Shown here in pieces: positions 12,512 through 25,027 of a DNA stretch of 64,000 nucleotides. The stretch comes from Lytechinus variegatus. Lineage: Eukaryota. The notes below the pieces were generated by a model, which was not told the DNA's origin, did no database searches, and was given only the letters and a program-made list of their open reading frames with translations. Location: contig NC_054743.1 in assembly GCF_018143015.1 (NCBI RefSeq), positions 35,339,243 to 35,403,242 of the forward strand, given 5' to 3'. Each line of letters begins with the position of its first letter. Positions within the stretch are counted from its first letter, which is position 1. The translations under genes and the position numbers were made by a program.

Positions 12512-12592
12512 AAAATCTCCAAACTCTACATCTAATACTTCCTCTTCTTCTTTTTGCTCTTTCTCCCTGTCTCTATCACGTCCCTTATCACC
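12512..12592 (-). CDS. cassette exon B-prime (GDKGRDRDREKEQKEEEEVLDVEFGDF)
   Basis: Acceptor tttttttcatttcag| and donor TTT|gtaagt, 81 nt, phase 0 to 0. Paralogue of 9118-9195, lying inside a duplicated segment of about 0.7 kb. Confidence 0.4.
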
Positions 12593-13442
12593 CTGAAATG
12601 AAAAAAAGGGAAACAAGAATTAAGAAGGTGCATTTCAAAGAAATTACCAACCATAAATCCATATTAGGGCAATTCAATACGTGTCATACAGGACAGTTCA
12701 ACAACAATTTCTCGTCTCTTACATGAAGCTGAATGCTTGAGCATTAAAATGTTGATTTTTGTCAATGATAAAGTTATAGTGGGTAGTCATGAGAACTGAT
12801 TATCAACAAAAAATATTTGATTATGGGTAAAAAGGTAAAAATGTTGTGTGTCATACATGACTAAAAAATATCCCATACGGCACGAAACATTTTCATCTTT
12901 AAGTCACCCATGGACAACATATTTTTGTTGGATGTCATTTTTTTACATGACTCCCAGTAGTATTTTACTGTGGCCACAAAACAAATTGATGTTCCTTGTT
13001 TGTTTGGACAGCAGGTTGAAACATGATGCGAAACTGGCTGACATTTCTTTCATGGACTCATCCATCAACTGAAACGCTTGTTCCATGCAGTTTCATGACT
13101 TTTTTCTTTAAAGCTACATGTAAGTATCTATAGTGGCAGCAAACAATGAGTTCATGATAAAGTCATTGTTAAAATCAATGCTTCTTGTCACCATGTCATT
13201 GTAGACCCCATCTTCTTCTAAAGAGTTACGACTGATCCAATCAATCATAACTATGGAAAGCCAGCAGCATTAACATTTATTTTGTTCAAAATATTTTCTA
13301 GATACCCGTACAGTATGTTGTACATTCATGCACTCATACTTTTCTTGAAAATTCTGTGTACTTCTCTTTCTTTAGAGAGGACATCATGCAAATTTCCCGG
13401 AGAAAAAAATTATGACACTTAAGGATTTCCATATAAGATGAT

Positions 13443-13750
13443 CAGGGGCCTGTCTTACAAAGAGTTACGATTGATCCAATCAATCACAACTGTATGGAAA
13501 TCCACCCATACCATAATCTCTTCTACAAGAAGTTTGCACAATCTCCTTAGTAAACAAAGAGTCACACTGAATCTTCAAGAGAAGGATGAATGTATGAATA
13601 TACATATCTCAAAAGCATATTTAACAAATATGTATTTAAGATGTTGATGTTGCTGGCCACCCATAGTTGTAATTGATCGGATGAATCATGACTATTTGTA
13701 AGACGGGGCCAAGATCAATCATAACTCTTTGTAAAATGGGCCCCATAACC
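13443..13750. mobile_element. MITE family A (TIR cagggcc(c/t)gtcttacaaagagtt(a/g)cgattgatc)
   Basis: Clear TIRs. Other copies lie at 27541-27825, 31016-31310 and 42336-42597, with a partial copy at 13190-13280. Confidence 0.75.
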
Positions 13751-14878
13751 ATTTCATTTGCATGAACTGAACAATTTGAGATCATGAAATCTAAGCTGAA
13801 TGGTGACCAAACAGAAGCTCAGCAACACAACAAAGATGAGCAGCCTCTCTCTATGTTTGTGATATGATCTTTTTTTTTAAATGTAGTTTTCTCACAAAAT
13901 TTCAAACAATTCTATTTGTGGGATTAATATATCATGAGACTCATCATTCTGTAAGGAAAATATTCCTATTTGTCATGTTCCATTTAAAAATATGATTTAT
14001 GAAATTTACATTTAATGATTTTAGGAGGGAGCTGTTCGCATATGACATCACAAATCAAAAATCTTTAAGGTTTCATAACTCTTATTCTTGGATGGATTTT
14101 CATCAAACCTTCACCATTATTTTCTCTAATATTTACTCCGTTATCAAAACCAACTTATTGATGGAGTGAACTTCCCCTTTATATATGATACCTTTAGTGT
14201 TTTCTCTTCATTGATGAAAGTTCACAATAGGTTAACATACATGTAGAGCACACATTTATGCAGTGCCACACGAAAATCTCATTGATTAAAGATCAAGTCC
14301 ATCCCAGAAAAATGTTGATTTTAATTAACAAAGAAAAATCAAACAAATGCAATGTTTTGCTTGATTTTCACAAAACAGTTATATGCATAACTCGGTGATA
14401 TGCAAATGACAGAGATAACGATGTCCCTCAATCACTATTTCTTCTTTTTTACTGTTTGAATTGTACTACATTTTAATTTTACAGATTTTACAATAATGAC
14501 CAACTTGACTGAACCAAAAAATGTTTAAACAATGGTAATTCCACATGTTCAGGGACGAATAAAACTTTGTTTCACATGACAATGAGGAGAAAACTAAAAA
14601 ATTTCATATTTCTCATGACATACAAATGAAATAGTGAGTGGGTGATGTCATCAGTCTCCTCCTTTGCATACCAACCAGGATGTGCTATAACTATTTATGA
14701 AATTAAGCAAAACTTTAAAAACTAGTATATTTTACATCTGATTTTGATGAAAGTTTCCGTGTTATGCTTGTTGGATTTTCCTCTTTATTGGAATCAACTC
14801 TTTTTTGTTGGTATGGACTTGCCCTTTAAGAAGAGATTATTTCAATACTGTAGACAAAGGCATGGTATATCAACAAAC

Positions 14879-15013
14879 CTTTTCACGGTTCAGTTCCATC
14901 CCAGTTTCCATCAAGCAATAGACATCATCTTGTTCGTATAAAACTCCTTTCTTTTGCTCCTCTTCTCGTTTGTGTAAAACTGCTTTCTTCTTCTTCTTCT
15001 TTGCCTTCTCCTC
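14879..15013 (-). CDS. candidate K/E-rich exon (EEKAKKKKKKAVLHKREEEQKKGVLYEQDDVYCLMETGMELNREK)
   Basis: Acceptor ttttgtttaag| and donor AAG|gtttgt, 135 nt, phase 0 to 0. Same strand, downstream of the giant exon. Confidence 0.4.
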
Positions 15014-15585
15014 CTTAAACAAAATATCATAAAAGACAAATTAGAAAGACAAATTATGCACTCATACATGGAGGCCTATAAATAAAGTATGACTTGTAAA
15101 ATAACTCAAATCATCCAACAATGACCTTTGAACTCGTGACCCCTAAATCCAATCAGATTATCATCCTTTTAATACGAATACATGAACCCACCAATATGAA
15201 TGACAATCATTCAGTTTTTTGGTGATCACAAAAACACAATATTTCAATATACAGGTATATAATGACCTCTGTGACCTTTAACCTTTGTCCTCTTGACCCC
15301 AAAGTCTGATCAGATCATTGTCACTCCCATATGCATGCATAGCCAAGTTTGAAGCTGAACCATCAAGTAGTTCTTTAGTTACTGCAAGAACAAAGTACTT
15401 TCGTGACCTATGACCTTGATACTAGATCATCGTCACTCCTATATGCATACCTGGAACAAGACTATAGTTATCGTGAGATGAAATACATGGACAGGAGGTA
15501 CAAAGCAGAACCCCTTCCCCCCCAAAAAAATTTTTTTTAATGAAATCATAATGCTTCCAGTAAGAACCTATATTACGGTGGGTGC

Positions 15586-16075
15586 ATGCAGGCTTACAAA
15601 AAAAGAGGGGGGAAGGGAGATTATCAGCATCACCACCATCATCATCATCATCACCATCATCTACATCATCATCACCATCACAATCATCACCATCACCATT
15701 ATCATCATGATCATCACCATCATCATTATCAGCATCACCATCACCATCACCACCACCATCATTATCATCATTATCATCATCATTATCAGCATCACCATCA
15801 CCACCACCATCATTATCATCAGCATCACCATCATCACCATCACCACCACCATCATTATCATCATCATCACCATCACCATTATCATCATGATCATCACCAT
15901 CATCATTATCAGCATCACCATCATCATCACCATCATCATCATCATCACCATCACCATTATCATCACCATCATCATTATCAGCATCACCATCATCACCATC
16001 ACCACCACCATCATTAACATCATCATCGCCATCATCATAACCATCATCATTATCATCATCACCACCATTACGAAA
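15586..16075. repeat. (CAY)n microsatellite of about 490 bp (catcac/catcat), plus a short copy at 16860-16920 and a (GAAR)n block at 16550-16605
   Basis: Pure trinucleotide periodicity. The poly-His (+) and poly-M/V (-) ORFs here are artefacts. Confidence 0.9.
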
Positions 16076-18959
16076 ATCTCCCGTTTGATTCTCGACCGCA
16101 CTTCGGACTGCAAACTGCGGTCGTATACCCCATTTTTCGTTTGCAAAATCTCAACAACATTTCCAACCCCGATAAACCCATCTTGGCCAGGTAATCCCCT
16201 TGTCTCAATTTCACATCCACGGGCCAAATAAACGAGCGTTGAGCCAAGGACGAAATGATAAACAACAGCTGTGCTATTACGTAAGACTTGTCTGCCTGTA
16301 GAATGATCTTCGGAATGAAATTATTGTATTCGATATTAATCACGTTTTCAAAGGCATATTACATTCAGACATCCAATACTAGTCCATTTTCAATTTCGAA
16401 CGAAGAAAATCGACCTCGAAATAAGGAAAGTAAGCGAATAAAAATTACGGTATGCTTAGCATGCAAGGACCGCGATGCATCCCATATAGTTTCTGTCCGT
16501 CCAGCAAGAAAATATGGGATGCATGCCGTTCACTCGCGCAATGATACAGTCTTAACGAAAGAAAGGAAGGAAGGAAGGAAGAGAGAGAGAAAGAAAGAAA
16601 GAAAGAAAAAAGTTTCTATCAACGCGTGTATACATGGAACTCCATGCACTCACCAGAACTACAAACATTGCAATCCATCGTGTGTGGCCCCCTGCTGTGA
16701 CCGTTGATGCTGGGGTGTGTTATCTTCGGACCGAGGTCAAGAAACAGGTGTTTCTATACTTAAATTTCATGCTTGAGGGCAATAGGGTTTGTAGTACTGG
16801 GAGAAGAGAATTGATAAGGGAAACTGGGGTATACTGCTCTTCAAAGCAAGATTTTCGTCATGATCATCATCACCACCATCATCCTCCTCAACCTCACCAT
16901 CATCACCACCATCACAACATGGATGTCATAACTGAATCCACTGATACAACAAATTCGATGACTGTGAGCATTACGCTCCAATTATCGCAAATGAAAATAA
17001 TTACCGGCATCATTCTCGCTGTAGACAATATGGCTGCTCTCCCCTTCTCACGGTGCACCTCTCTCTCTTCCGATGCTTCATGCTTCTAAACATTCCGAAA
17101 AAAGGAGATCAAATAAAATGAAGGAAAACATGAAGATACATAACAAAAATAAATTACCAAACTAAGAAAAATACTTTAAAAGAGGGAATAAATGAATACA
17201 TAAAGAGCCCTGTTTGCAAATTTCCCACTATCACAATAATCAACGCAAAATCATGGCATGGCTGATAGTGAAATCATTATATGAAGAAGAAAAAGATGGG
17301 GGAAAAATGGTAACATAGAAGCATTTATTCTCAGCAATCACTCCATACAATCTGCACCAATACCACTAATACCATTTCTTATAGTCACTCAGACTTTCAC
17401 CCTGGAAGAAAGGCATTTTATTTGGCCGTGATTTTACATGACAACTGTTAAAAGCTACTGAAATGCTTCCTTCTGATCGGTGGACAAAGACAACGATGGC
17501 AGTGAAAAACAAAACATTCACAAGAGACTTCAAGAAACACTCTCTGTTCTCATTTCTCTATCAGTCACATCATCATCTCACTTTACCATGAAATTTGCTC
17601 TGGCGACAATTGCTCGGCTGTAAAGTCCACCCACAAATGGAATGACCAACTTTAAGCTTGGATTTAACACTACACCCTATCCTAAACCTAACCTTGAACC
17701 TAACATAAAACCCTTTTTCAATCCTCACCCTAATCCTATATCTTAGACAAAATAAAACTCGGAGGAACTGTCACCAGAGCATGTCACCCATTCCACACCA
17801 AAAACATGCAGATGTACCCCTTTAATACAACTAAAAAACAATTTCTGAGTTTCATAATACAATGTAAGACCAAAGATAGGCCAAATGGTGTAAATTTCAA
17901 ATAAAAACAAAACAAAACATGCAATGACAATATACATGTATTCCATCAAATTTGCATGCACTGAGCCTAAATAATGTAGATACAGTGTATATATGTATAT
18001 CAAATATAATGCAGATGAAAACTCAACTAATTTTATTCGTTTATCATTATTCACTTTATTTCATTTTTAAAATCGTTTATTCATTTAGTGGGGGGGTTTC
18101 CATTTTATCTATGGAAGACCAGCGATGTTTGCAAAGTTCTTTTTATCAATACTCCGCTATTACTTTAAAACCCCAAATATTACACTGTACATATAGTTAC
18201 AGAAATGTTGATATTGATATTGACCTGGATTAATCTTATCCCCACTCACTACGTGACTATCAATAAGTCATAATTTGCATTTGGTTTTCATTTGTTTTTT
18301 TTTGTACATGGTCTGCTAAGACAGCGAGTGTCGAGGCCGCATGCCTATGAGGGACAGCGCCATACATGACGCTTTTTTTAAGGACATCACCAGCACTTTG
18401 GCTGGCATTTGACCAGTCTCAGCTTGCGTCTTGTCTCTTGTGGTCCCTCAGAGGCACCTACTAGTGTTTCTAGATCTATGTGATATGTTGTTTATTGTAT
18501 TATATTTTAAGATTTTTTTTCTTCTGGATAGTGAATTTTATTGACCTGCATTTTCTCATTAAAGGGAAGTGTCTAGGGCGTATATTGCATTCCTTCAATG
18601 TGCAGATTTGCAAATAAAGTGATACATGACAACAATTTGACATTTGCATGCTTTCTTGAAGACATCATTCATGAGGACTGGCTCTCAAGATTTCCATACC
18701 AATGATTGTTTTTTTGTCCCGTTTTTTGTACACTGTAACTTTTTTGAGACAATGTTGAAAGACAGGAATATTCATCATAAATCATAAAAACTCATACATG
18801 TACTTAGTTTTCATACATAAAAATCATACATGTACCTAGTTTTCACAGATTAAATAACACTAATGGATTATTTATGTAGCTTTTACGTGAAAATGTTGCA
18901 AGAAAGAATAGAGCCCTAGTGCATATGATAATCATATTCCCACATCACACCCGTCTTAA

Positions 18960-19345
18960 AATTACTATAATGGCTCCCAGCCCAGTTGCGTGTAATGTTA
19001 AACGTACTGCTTTTAACTTATCAGTGCCTCCATGCAATGGCTCCAAAATATCTTATTGATTGTTAAGTATGTGCCATCTCGTAATCTTAGATCAACTCAG
19101 ACGGATTTTTTAAATTGTAACAGTACTCAGACCAGTTTTATGGAGAACGATCCTTTGCCCATGCTGCCCCTTCACTTTGGAATACCACCCCATCATACGT
19201 AAAGAACTCTTCTCCACCCAAGTTTAAATCCACTTTGAAAACATACTTATTTAAAAAGACTTTCTCATTTTTCTCTGCCTTTGCTGTCTTCTTCAAAAGC
19301 GAATAGGGACACATTTGGCAGTGATATGTGCTATATAAGCATGTT
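18960..19345 (+). mobile_element. 3' tail fragment of a non-LTR retrotransposon (L2/CR1-type ORF2 C-terminus)
   Basis: Plus-frame translation ...VPSRNLRSTQTD...YGERSFAHAAPSLWNTTPSYVKNSSPPKFKSTLKTYLF shows the characteristic LINE tail motif (RAF..AAP.LWN.LP..IR...S...FK..LKT.LF). Confidence 0.55.
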
Positions 19346-19507
19346 AGTATTATTATCATCCTGCATTAATCATTAAAAAAATCATACTTTTCTATCAAGG
19401 TTTGAACAACATGGATGGGTTACTTTTGTAAATGTACATGTATTTAAGAAGATGTTGAGAGTGCATAAGATAATCACCATGCATTTATCCAAAAAGCTAG
19501 TACTTAC

Positions 19508-22500
19508 TTTAGTTAAAACTAATTCATTTGAATAAATAGTATCTCCGTCATGTCTCTGGGTAGTCTTCACAGAACGTCTGGTGCTCTGAAACCTCTCTTC
19601 TTCATAGCTTAGCAAAGAATCTCGAAGTTGTGTCTCGGCGATGGAGTGACTGGCAAATCCTAAGCCCTGTGATGCTACCGGGGCATTGGCATGTGTCCAG
19701 TTGTCTGCCCTTGACCGATCGCTGAAACTAAATCCTTGAGACACTCGCGGAACATCACTATGTGTCCGAGCCCTTCCTTCGGACTGACCACCGAAACTGA
19801 ATCCATTTGATACCCTTACAGCACTTTGAGCTTGATCATTTGCTTCATGCTGACTGCTGGAAACAGATCCTTGAGATTCATCAAGACTGGACACCCCTGA
19901 CACTCCCGAGACAGCACTATGCATCCGAGCTATGGCACAAGTTGAACTTCCAAAAAATAACCCTATTGATGGTCTATCAAATCTAGGCATTTGTGACTGA
20001 CTACCAAAACTGAACCCTTGCGACTGGACATTAAAAGGGGACCCTTGTGGCTGGCTACCAAAACCAATTCCTTTGGATGGACCACCAAAAAGTGGCACTT
20101 GTGACTGGCCACTGAAACCAGTTCCTTGTGATGGGCTACTAAAAGGGGACTCTTGTGGCTGATTATCAAACCCAGACTTTTGTAACTGACCACCAAAAAG
20201 TGACCCTTGTGACTGGCCACTAAAAGGGGACCCTTGTAACTGGCTACCAAAACCAATTCCTTTTGATGGACCACCAAAAAGTGGCACTTGTGACTGGCCA
20301 CTGAAACCAGTTCCTTGTGACGGGCTACTAAAAGGGGACTCTTGGGGCTGATTATCAAACCCAGACTTTTGTAACTGACCACCAAAAAGTGACCCTTGTG
20401 TCTGACCACCAAAAAGGGACCCTTGTGACTGGTTACCAAAAAGTGACCCTTGTGATTGGCTACTAAAAGGGGACCCTTGTGATTGATCCCTGAAACCAGT
20501 TCCTTGTGACTGACCACCAAAACTGAACCTATTAGACTGACCATCAAATCCAGACTTTTGTGACTGAGCACCAAAAAGTGACCCGTGTGACTGACCACCT
20601 AAATCTGTTCCTTGTGACTGATCACCGAAACTAAATTCGTTTGGCGTACCAACAGAGCTAGAAGCTGATTTTTGTGACAGAAAACAAAAAGGTGACCCTT
20701 GTGACTGACCACCAAAAATTTGAGCAGTACGTTGTTGAGCTGATTCAGATTTCTTGAAGGACATCCTGTCAGATTGTGAAGAAGATCCAAATAGACCCAC
20801 TGTGGGCTTAGACACTCTTCCCGACATCTGGAAAGGCAAGCTCGTGGGTGGCAGTTCTGTACTTCCATGATTGTTTGTAGACTGCTCTTGTGATGCAGGC
20901 CCATTGACATCAGGAATTTCAAGCTCGCTTCCTTGTCTTGGGCAGAGGGCATTGTTGGCTTGATGATTTGGATGTAGCAATGACATATCTGATGATTCCA
21001 TTTCCTGTGCAGATTTGCTTGGGGATTCCGGGTATGTTTTGGATACTTCCTCTGGTTGCTCTAATCTCTCAGGAGCATTCTGATCCTGTCCACACCAATT
21101 ATCGGGTTGAAAAGGCGTCTCAGTAACTCTCGAATGGTGTGCATGTGTTCCAGTTCCAAGTTTCAGGCTCTGAGGTTTTCCAGTGGAATCACTCACAGAT
21201 TTGTCTAGCATACCTTGGAGATGTTGACGTCCATTTGGATACAATTCTTGACTGAAATCTTGAGCTGTGGTATCCATGGCAACATTAAACCTTTGGAATT
21301 GAGGCCTTTGTTGTAGACTTCCACTATCTCTGGACTCACGGTCAAGCTTCTTTGTCTCACGTTTCTTGCTTTGAGTAGTATCAAGATCCCCACCTTTAAA
21401 GACCTTTTCTCTGCCAATTTCATTTTTACTATCAAGAAAAATGACACCTCTTTCACATTCACTTCTCTCTTCCGCTAAATCATCATCAACATCCACTCCA
21501 AACCCACAGAATTCCACATCTATAGATGGTGCTAACATTGTACTACCTTGATGAATATGATCTTTTTCATTGTTACTAACTTTTTGCAGTTGGGAGGCAG
21601 GTTCAACACCCGAACCCAATGAACAAGGAAACACTTGTACTGACTGCATGGCCTGTTGAACAAGTGAAGGATGAGAAGAATCAAAATCTCGAGAAACTTG
21701 AGCATATGCAGGAGAAGCTGGAGAATATGCAGGAGAGGTTGGAGAATATGCTAAATATATTGGAGAAGTTGGTGGAGAAGTTGGTGAATATGCAGAAGGG
21801 GAGCGCTGCTGCATGGCTTTTCCAAATGTTTGTTTTTGTGTAGCAAGTTTCTGTGACAGAACTGAGCTCCCATGCATTAACGAGTCAGCCCTAATATCTA
21901 GTAGAGACAGATTACTTTCATATGTACTGGAAGCTTTATCAGATATTCTCTCCAAACCTCCAGCAAGGTCCTGGTATTCCGAAGTTCCTCTTGGTTTGGG
22001 ACTACCTTTCCCACCCTTGTTTAAACCAATGGATTTTACAAGATCTGTATGTCCAGAGTTCCGTGGAGGTGGTGCTGGCATTGATTGAGGAAGAGCTCTA
22101 GCAGCTCGGCGTCGAGTTGGAGGTGGAGCACCAATGGCTTCACTCAGAGGTGGAGGTGGCGGATGAGGAGCACTAGCAGCTTTAAGTGACGGAGGAGGAA
22201 GAACAGCACCATACACAGGAGCACCAAACATGGCACCATCATGTGAATGTGGAGCCGAAGCAGCAGGAAGACCACTACCAGTAGGTGGTGGAGGAGCAGG
22301 TGCAGCAAAACGGCCACGAGAAGGAGGCGGAAGAGGAGGAGCATGAAAGCCACTTAGGGGAGGAGGAGGTGGAGGAGCAGCGAAGACACCAGGAGGCGGT
22401 GGAGGAGGATCACAAACACCACCAGTAAGAGGAGCAGCAGCAGGACGGCCATCAGAAGGAGTCAGAGCATAAAACCCACTTTGAGGAGGTGGAGGAGCAG

Positions 22501-22801
22501 CAAAAACACCAGGAGGTGGTGGAGGTGGAGCACCTGGAGCAAAAATGCCATCAGGAGGAGGTGGGGGAACACCAGCACCCCTACCTCCACCACGACCACC
22601 AATAGCAGATGGAGGACGAGCACCACCAATAGAACAATATCTTCTTAAAGGCATTCCTAGAACTCCTTTTTTTCCTGCCCATGCGGATGATATCTGTCGG
22701 GGATGTCCTTTTCTCATTATGGATGCTTTATAAAGAACCTCATCAGCAGAGAGAGCTTTTGCTTCTAACATTGTCTCCATGATTGCACCATGTTGTTGTT
22801 G
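19508..22801 (-). CDS. PARP4: giant 3294-nt low-complexity coding exon (1098 codons): proline-rich blocks, CTD-like YSPTSPA heptads and about 20 FG-type SQGxxFGGQ repeats; probably the PARP4 C-terminal disordered region
   Basis: Uninterrupted ORF (the 1176-aa ORF 19382..22912). Its 5' end is a strong acceptor tttgttctttgtacag|CAA, in phase 0, which matches exon 24321-24376. Its 3' end is a consensus donor AAA|gtaagt at 19508. Human PARP4 also has a long Pro-rich C-terminal region after the vWA and ITIH-like part. Assignment to the same gene rests on strand, order and phase only. Confidence 0.55.
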
Positions 22802-23147
22802 CTGTACAAAGAACAAAATATGATAGAAAGCAAGCAATGAAATAATATTGATATATAATACAAACAATAATAACATGCAATTTTCATATAGTGCTTGAAA
22901 CGATGCTTTCAAGCTCTACATACTATAACCCACTAACACTAATAGCACTGATTATTTATAAGGGGCTAGTGACATACACTGTATGTACATGTATGTATAA
23001 GCTATAACCCTAGTCATCAGATTCGATCATTCACTCCCACAAAGTGGACTAAACACCATGCATTCATCAGTTTATCTCTTTCAAGGTAATTACAAACCTT
23101 GTTTAAACACTAGTTTTTCTGGGATCTCACATGTAGCACTATTGATT

Positions 23148-23660
23148 AAAAAAGAAGTTCACCCTGAAGAAAAGTTTGTTCTTAAAATAGCAGGAAAAAT
23201 AATAAAAGATATAGATGAAGGTTTGAGGAAAATCCATTAAAGATTATATTATTATATCATCATTATTTTAAATTTAGGATCTGTGATGTCATCAATGAGC
23301 AGTTTGTCATATGTTATGACATATAAAATGCATAAAGTTTAGTAATGGCCTACATGTATTTTTCTTTTTAGAAACAGGTGCGAAAAATATTTGTCTATTG
23401 GGTATATTGAAGGGATAGTAAAAAACATCAAAAATTTTTTTGAGAAAATGACATCTTATTGATTTTTTTTACCATATACCATGTACATGTTAATGTAGGA
23501 AAGCTGCTTGCATATGATGTCACAAATCAAATATTTCAAATTCTTATAACTATTTTATATTTTGGTGGATTTTTCTCAAACCTTTGGCAACAGTTTCAAT
23601 TATTTATTTTTTGCTTTTTTTACGATAAGAATTTTTGTCAGTGTGAACTTTCCGTATAAT
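23148..23660. mobile_element. MITE family B (TIR ttaaaggggaagttcaccctgaagaaaa)
   Basis: Copies at 43698-43990 and 49111-49612 have near-perfect TIRs and ttaa at both ends. This copy is more degenerate. Confidence 0.6.
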
Positions 23661-24320
23661 CCTTATTCACACCAGGCCTGCTCTTTAATCACATCGTTCA
23701 ATTAAATAGTGTCTTATCATTTAAATTCTCACTCATGGTCCATGCTATTTTGTATGTCTTGAGACAAAAAAGTGGTCAACCCTATAAGCCTCTCACGATA
23801 ATGAATGTGGGATTTGTATGCATTATGAAAGAAAAAAAATTATCTAAAAATCAAATGGCACCAGCAATTTATTATGCTCAAAAGCCTGATGCACAATGAA
23901 TGATATATTACCATCCGATTATGAAAGTAATCACAATTGCACGTGATATGAGCATTCCAACTTATAGTTACTCAACGATCAAAGAATTATAAATAGTGGC
24001 ATGAAAACTAAAATAAAAATTCCAGTCTATTTGGAGCCTCCCCATAGAATGAAAGCAAATTCAATTCCAGAGTGTAATGATTTCATCATTCGGCTGCGAC
24101 TTGAAGCCAATTTGAATTTTACCCCGACCACAGGGCTTGCAGCAAGGCAGAATTTGTATATTTATATTCCTAGCTTTACGCCCAACTTTGAATGAAATAG
24201 TTTCACTTCTCAGAACTTTCACATTTGACGCAAAATGTGTTTTGATAAAAAACTTGCGTCGTAGCCGGACCATATCAGCTGAATGATGAATACATTTAAT
24301 GATTTGTGGTTAATACATAC

Positions 24321-24376
24321 CTCCTGAGGTAGAGAAAACATTGCTCTCATCATCTCCACAAGTTTTTGGTCAGTTT
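24321..24376 (-). CDS. candidate downstream exon (KTDQKLVEMMRAMFSLPQE)
   Basis: Acceptor ttttttttcgtaaag| and donor GAG|gtatgt, phase 1 to 0. It leads in frame into the giant exon. Confidence 0.45.
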
Positions 24377-24918
24377 CTTTACGAAAAAAAAATAATACAA
24401 ATACATATTTGAACCATATATTACATTTAATTACTAAATTACATGATAAGAGTTTATCATCATATGAGGCATTACTGGACATACATGTACGTGTACATTA
24501 CTGGCAATGAACGCACATGTACTAGATGTATCCCAAACTTGCAGAATGCTATGACGTCATATTGTATTGGTGTCGAGTGCATGATATACACATGTAACCT
24601 AATTTCAAATTACCTGTATATAACTAGGAGAGTATTTCATCAAAATTTGTTCCTAGTATCATACATGCAGGTTGCCAGATCTAAAAACTTTCGAATTTGA
24701 CTGGCTGAAAATAGCGAGTGGTCTGACCATTACTATGGATGAAACGGAACTTTATCCAACAATTCCTTTCATGACCTCCCCCCCCTTTCCTGGAATTACA
24801 CATACATTGGTAATTCAACATTAATAATGTGTCAAATACAGATAAACTACAGGTAAATTATATGTATATCAAAGATGAATCACATTTAAATTACTCAAGA
24901 CATGTAAATAAGACTTAC

Positions 24919-25027
24919 TCAATGTTTCATGATTCCAGCGAGCTCTCTTGACCTTCCTCGACAGTTGGTCGGCCTTATCCAACTCCCGTTTAGAATTTCT
25001 CAGGAACTCATGGAGAGCAGAAGCAGT
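24919..25027 (-). CDS. candidate downstream exon (TASALHEFLRNSKRELDKADQLSRKVKRARWNHETL)
   Basis: Acceptor gttttatttcacag| and donor TGA|gtaagt, phase 0 to 1. It is in phase with the flanking exons. Confidence 0.5.

Noticed and set aside
15586-16231. ORFs of 143-226 aa encoding poly-His, poly-Ile/Thr and poly-Met/Val
   Set aside because: They are translations of a pure (CAY)n microsatellite on both strands. There is no splice context and no complexity.
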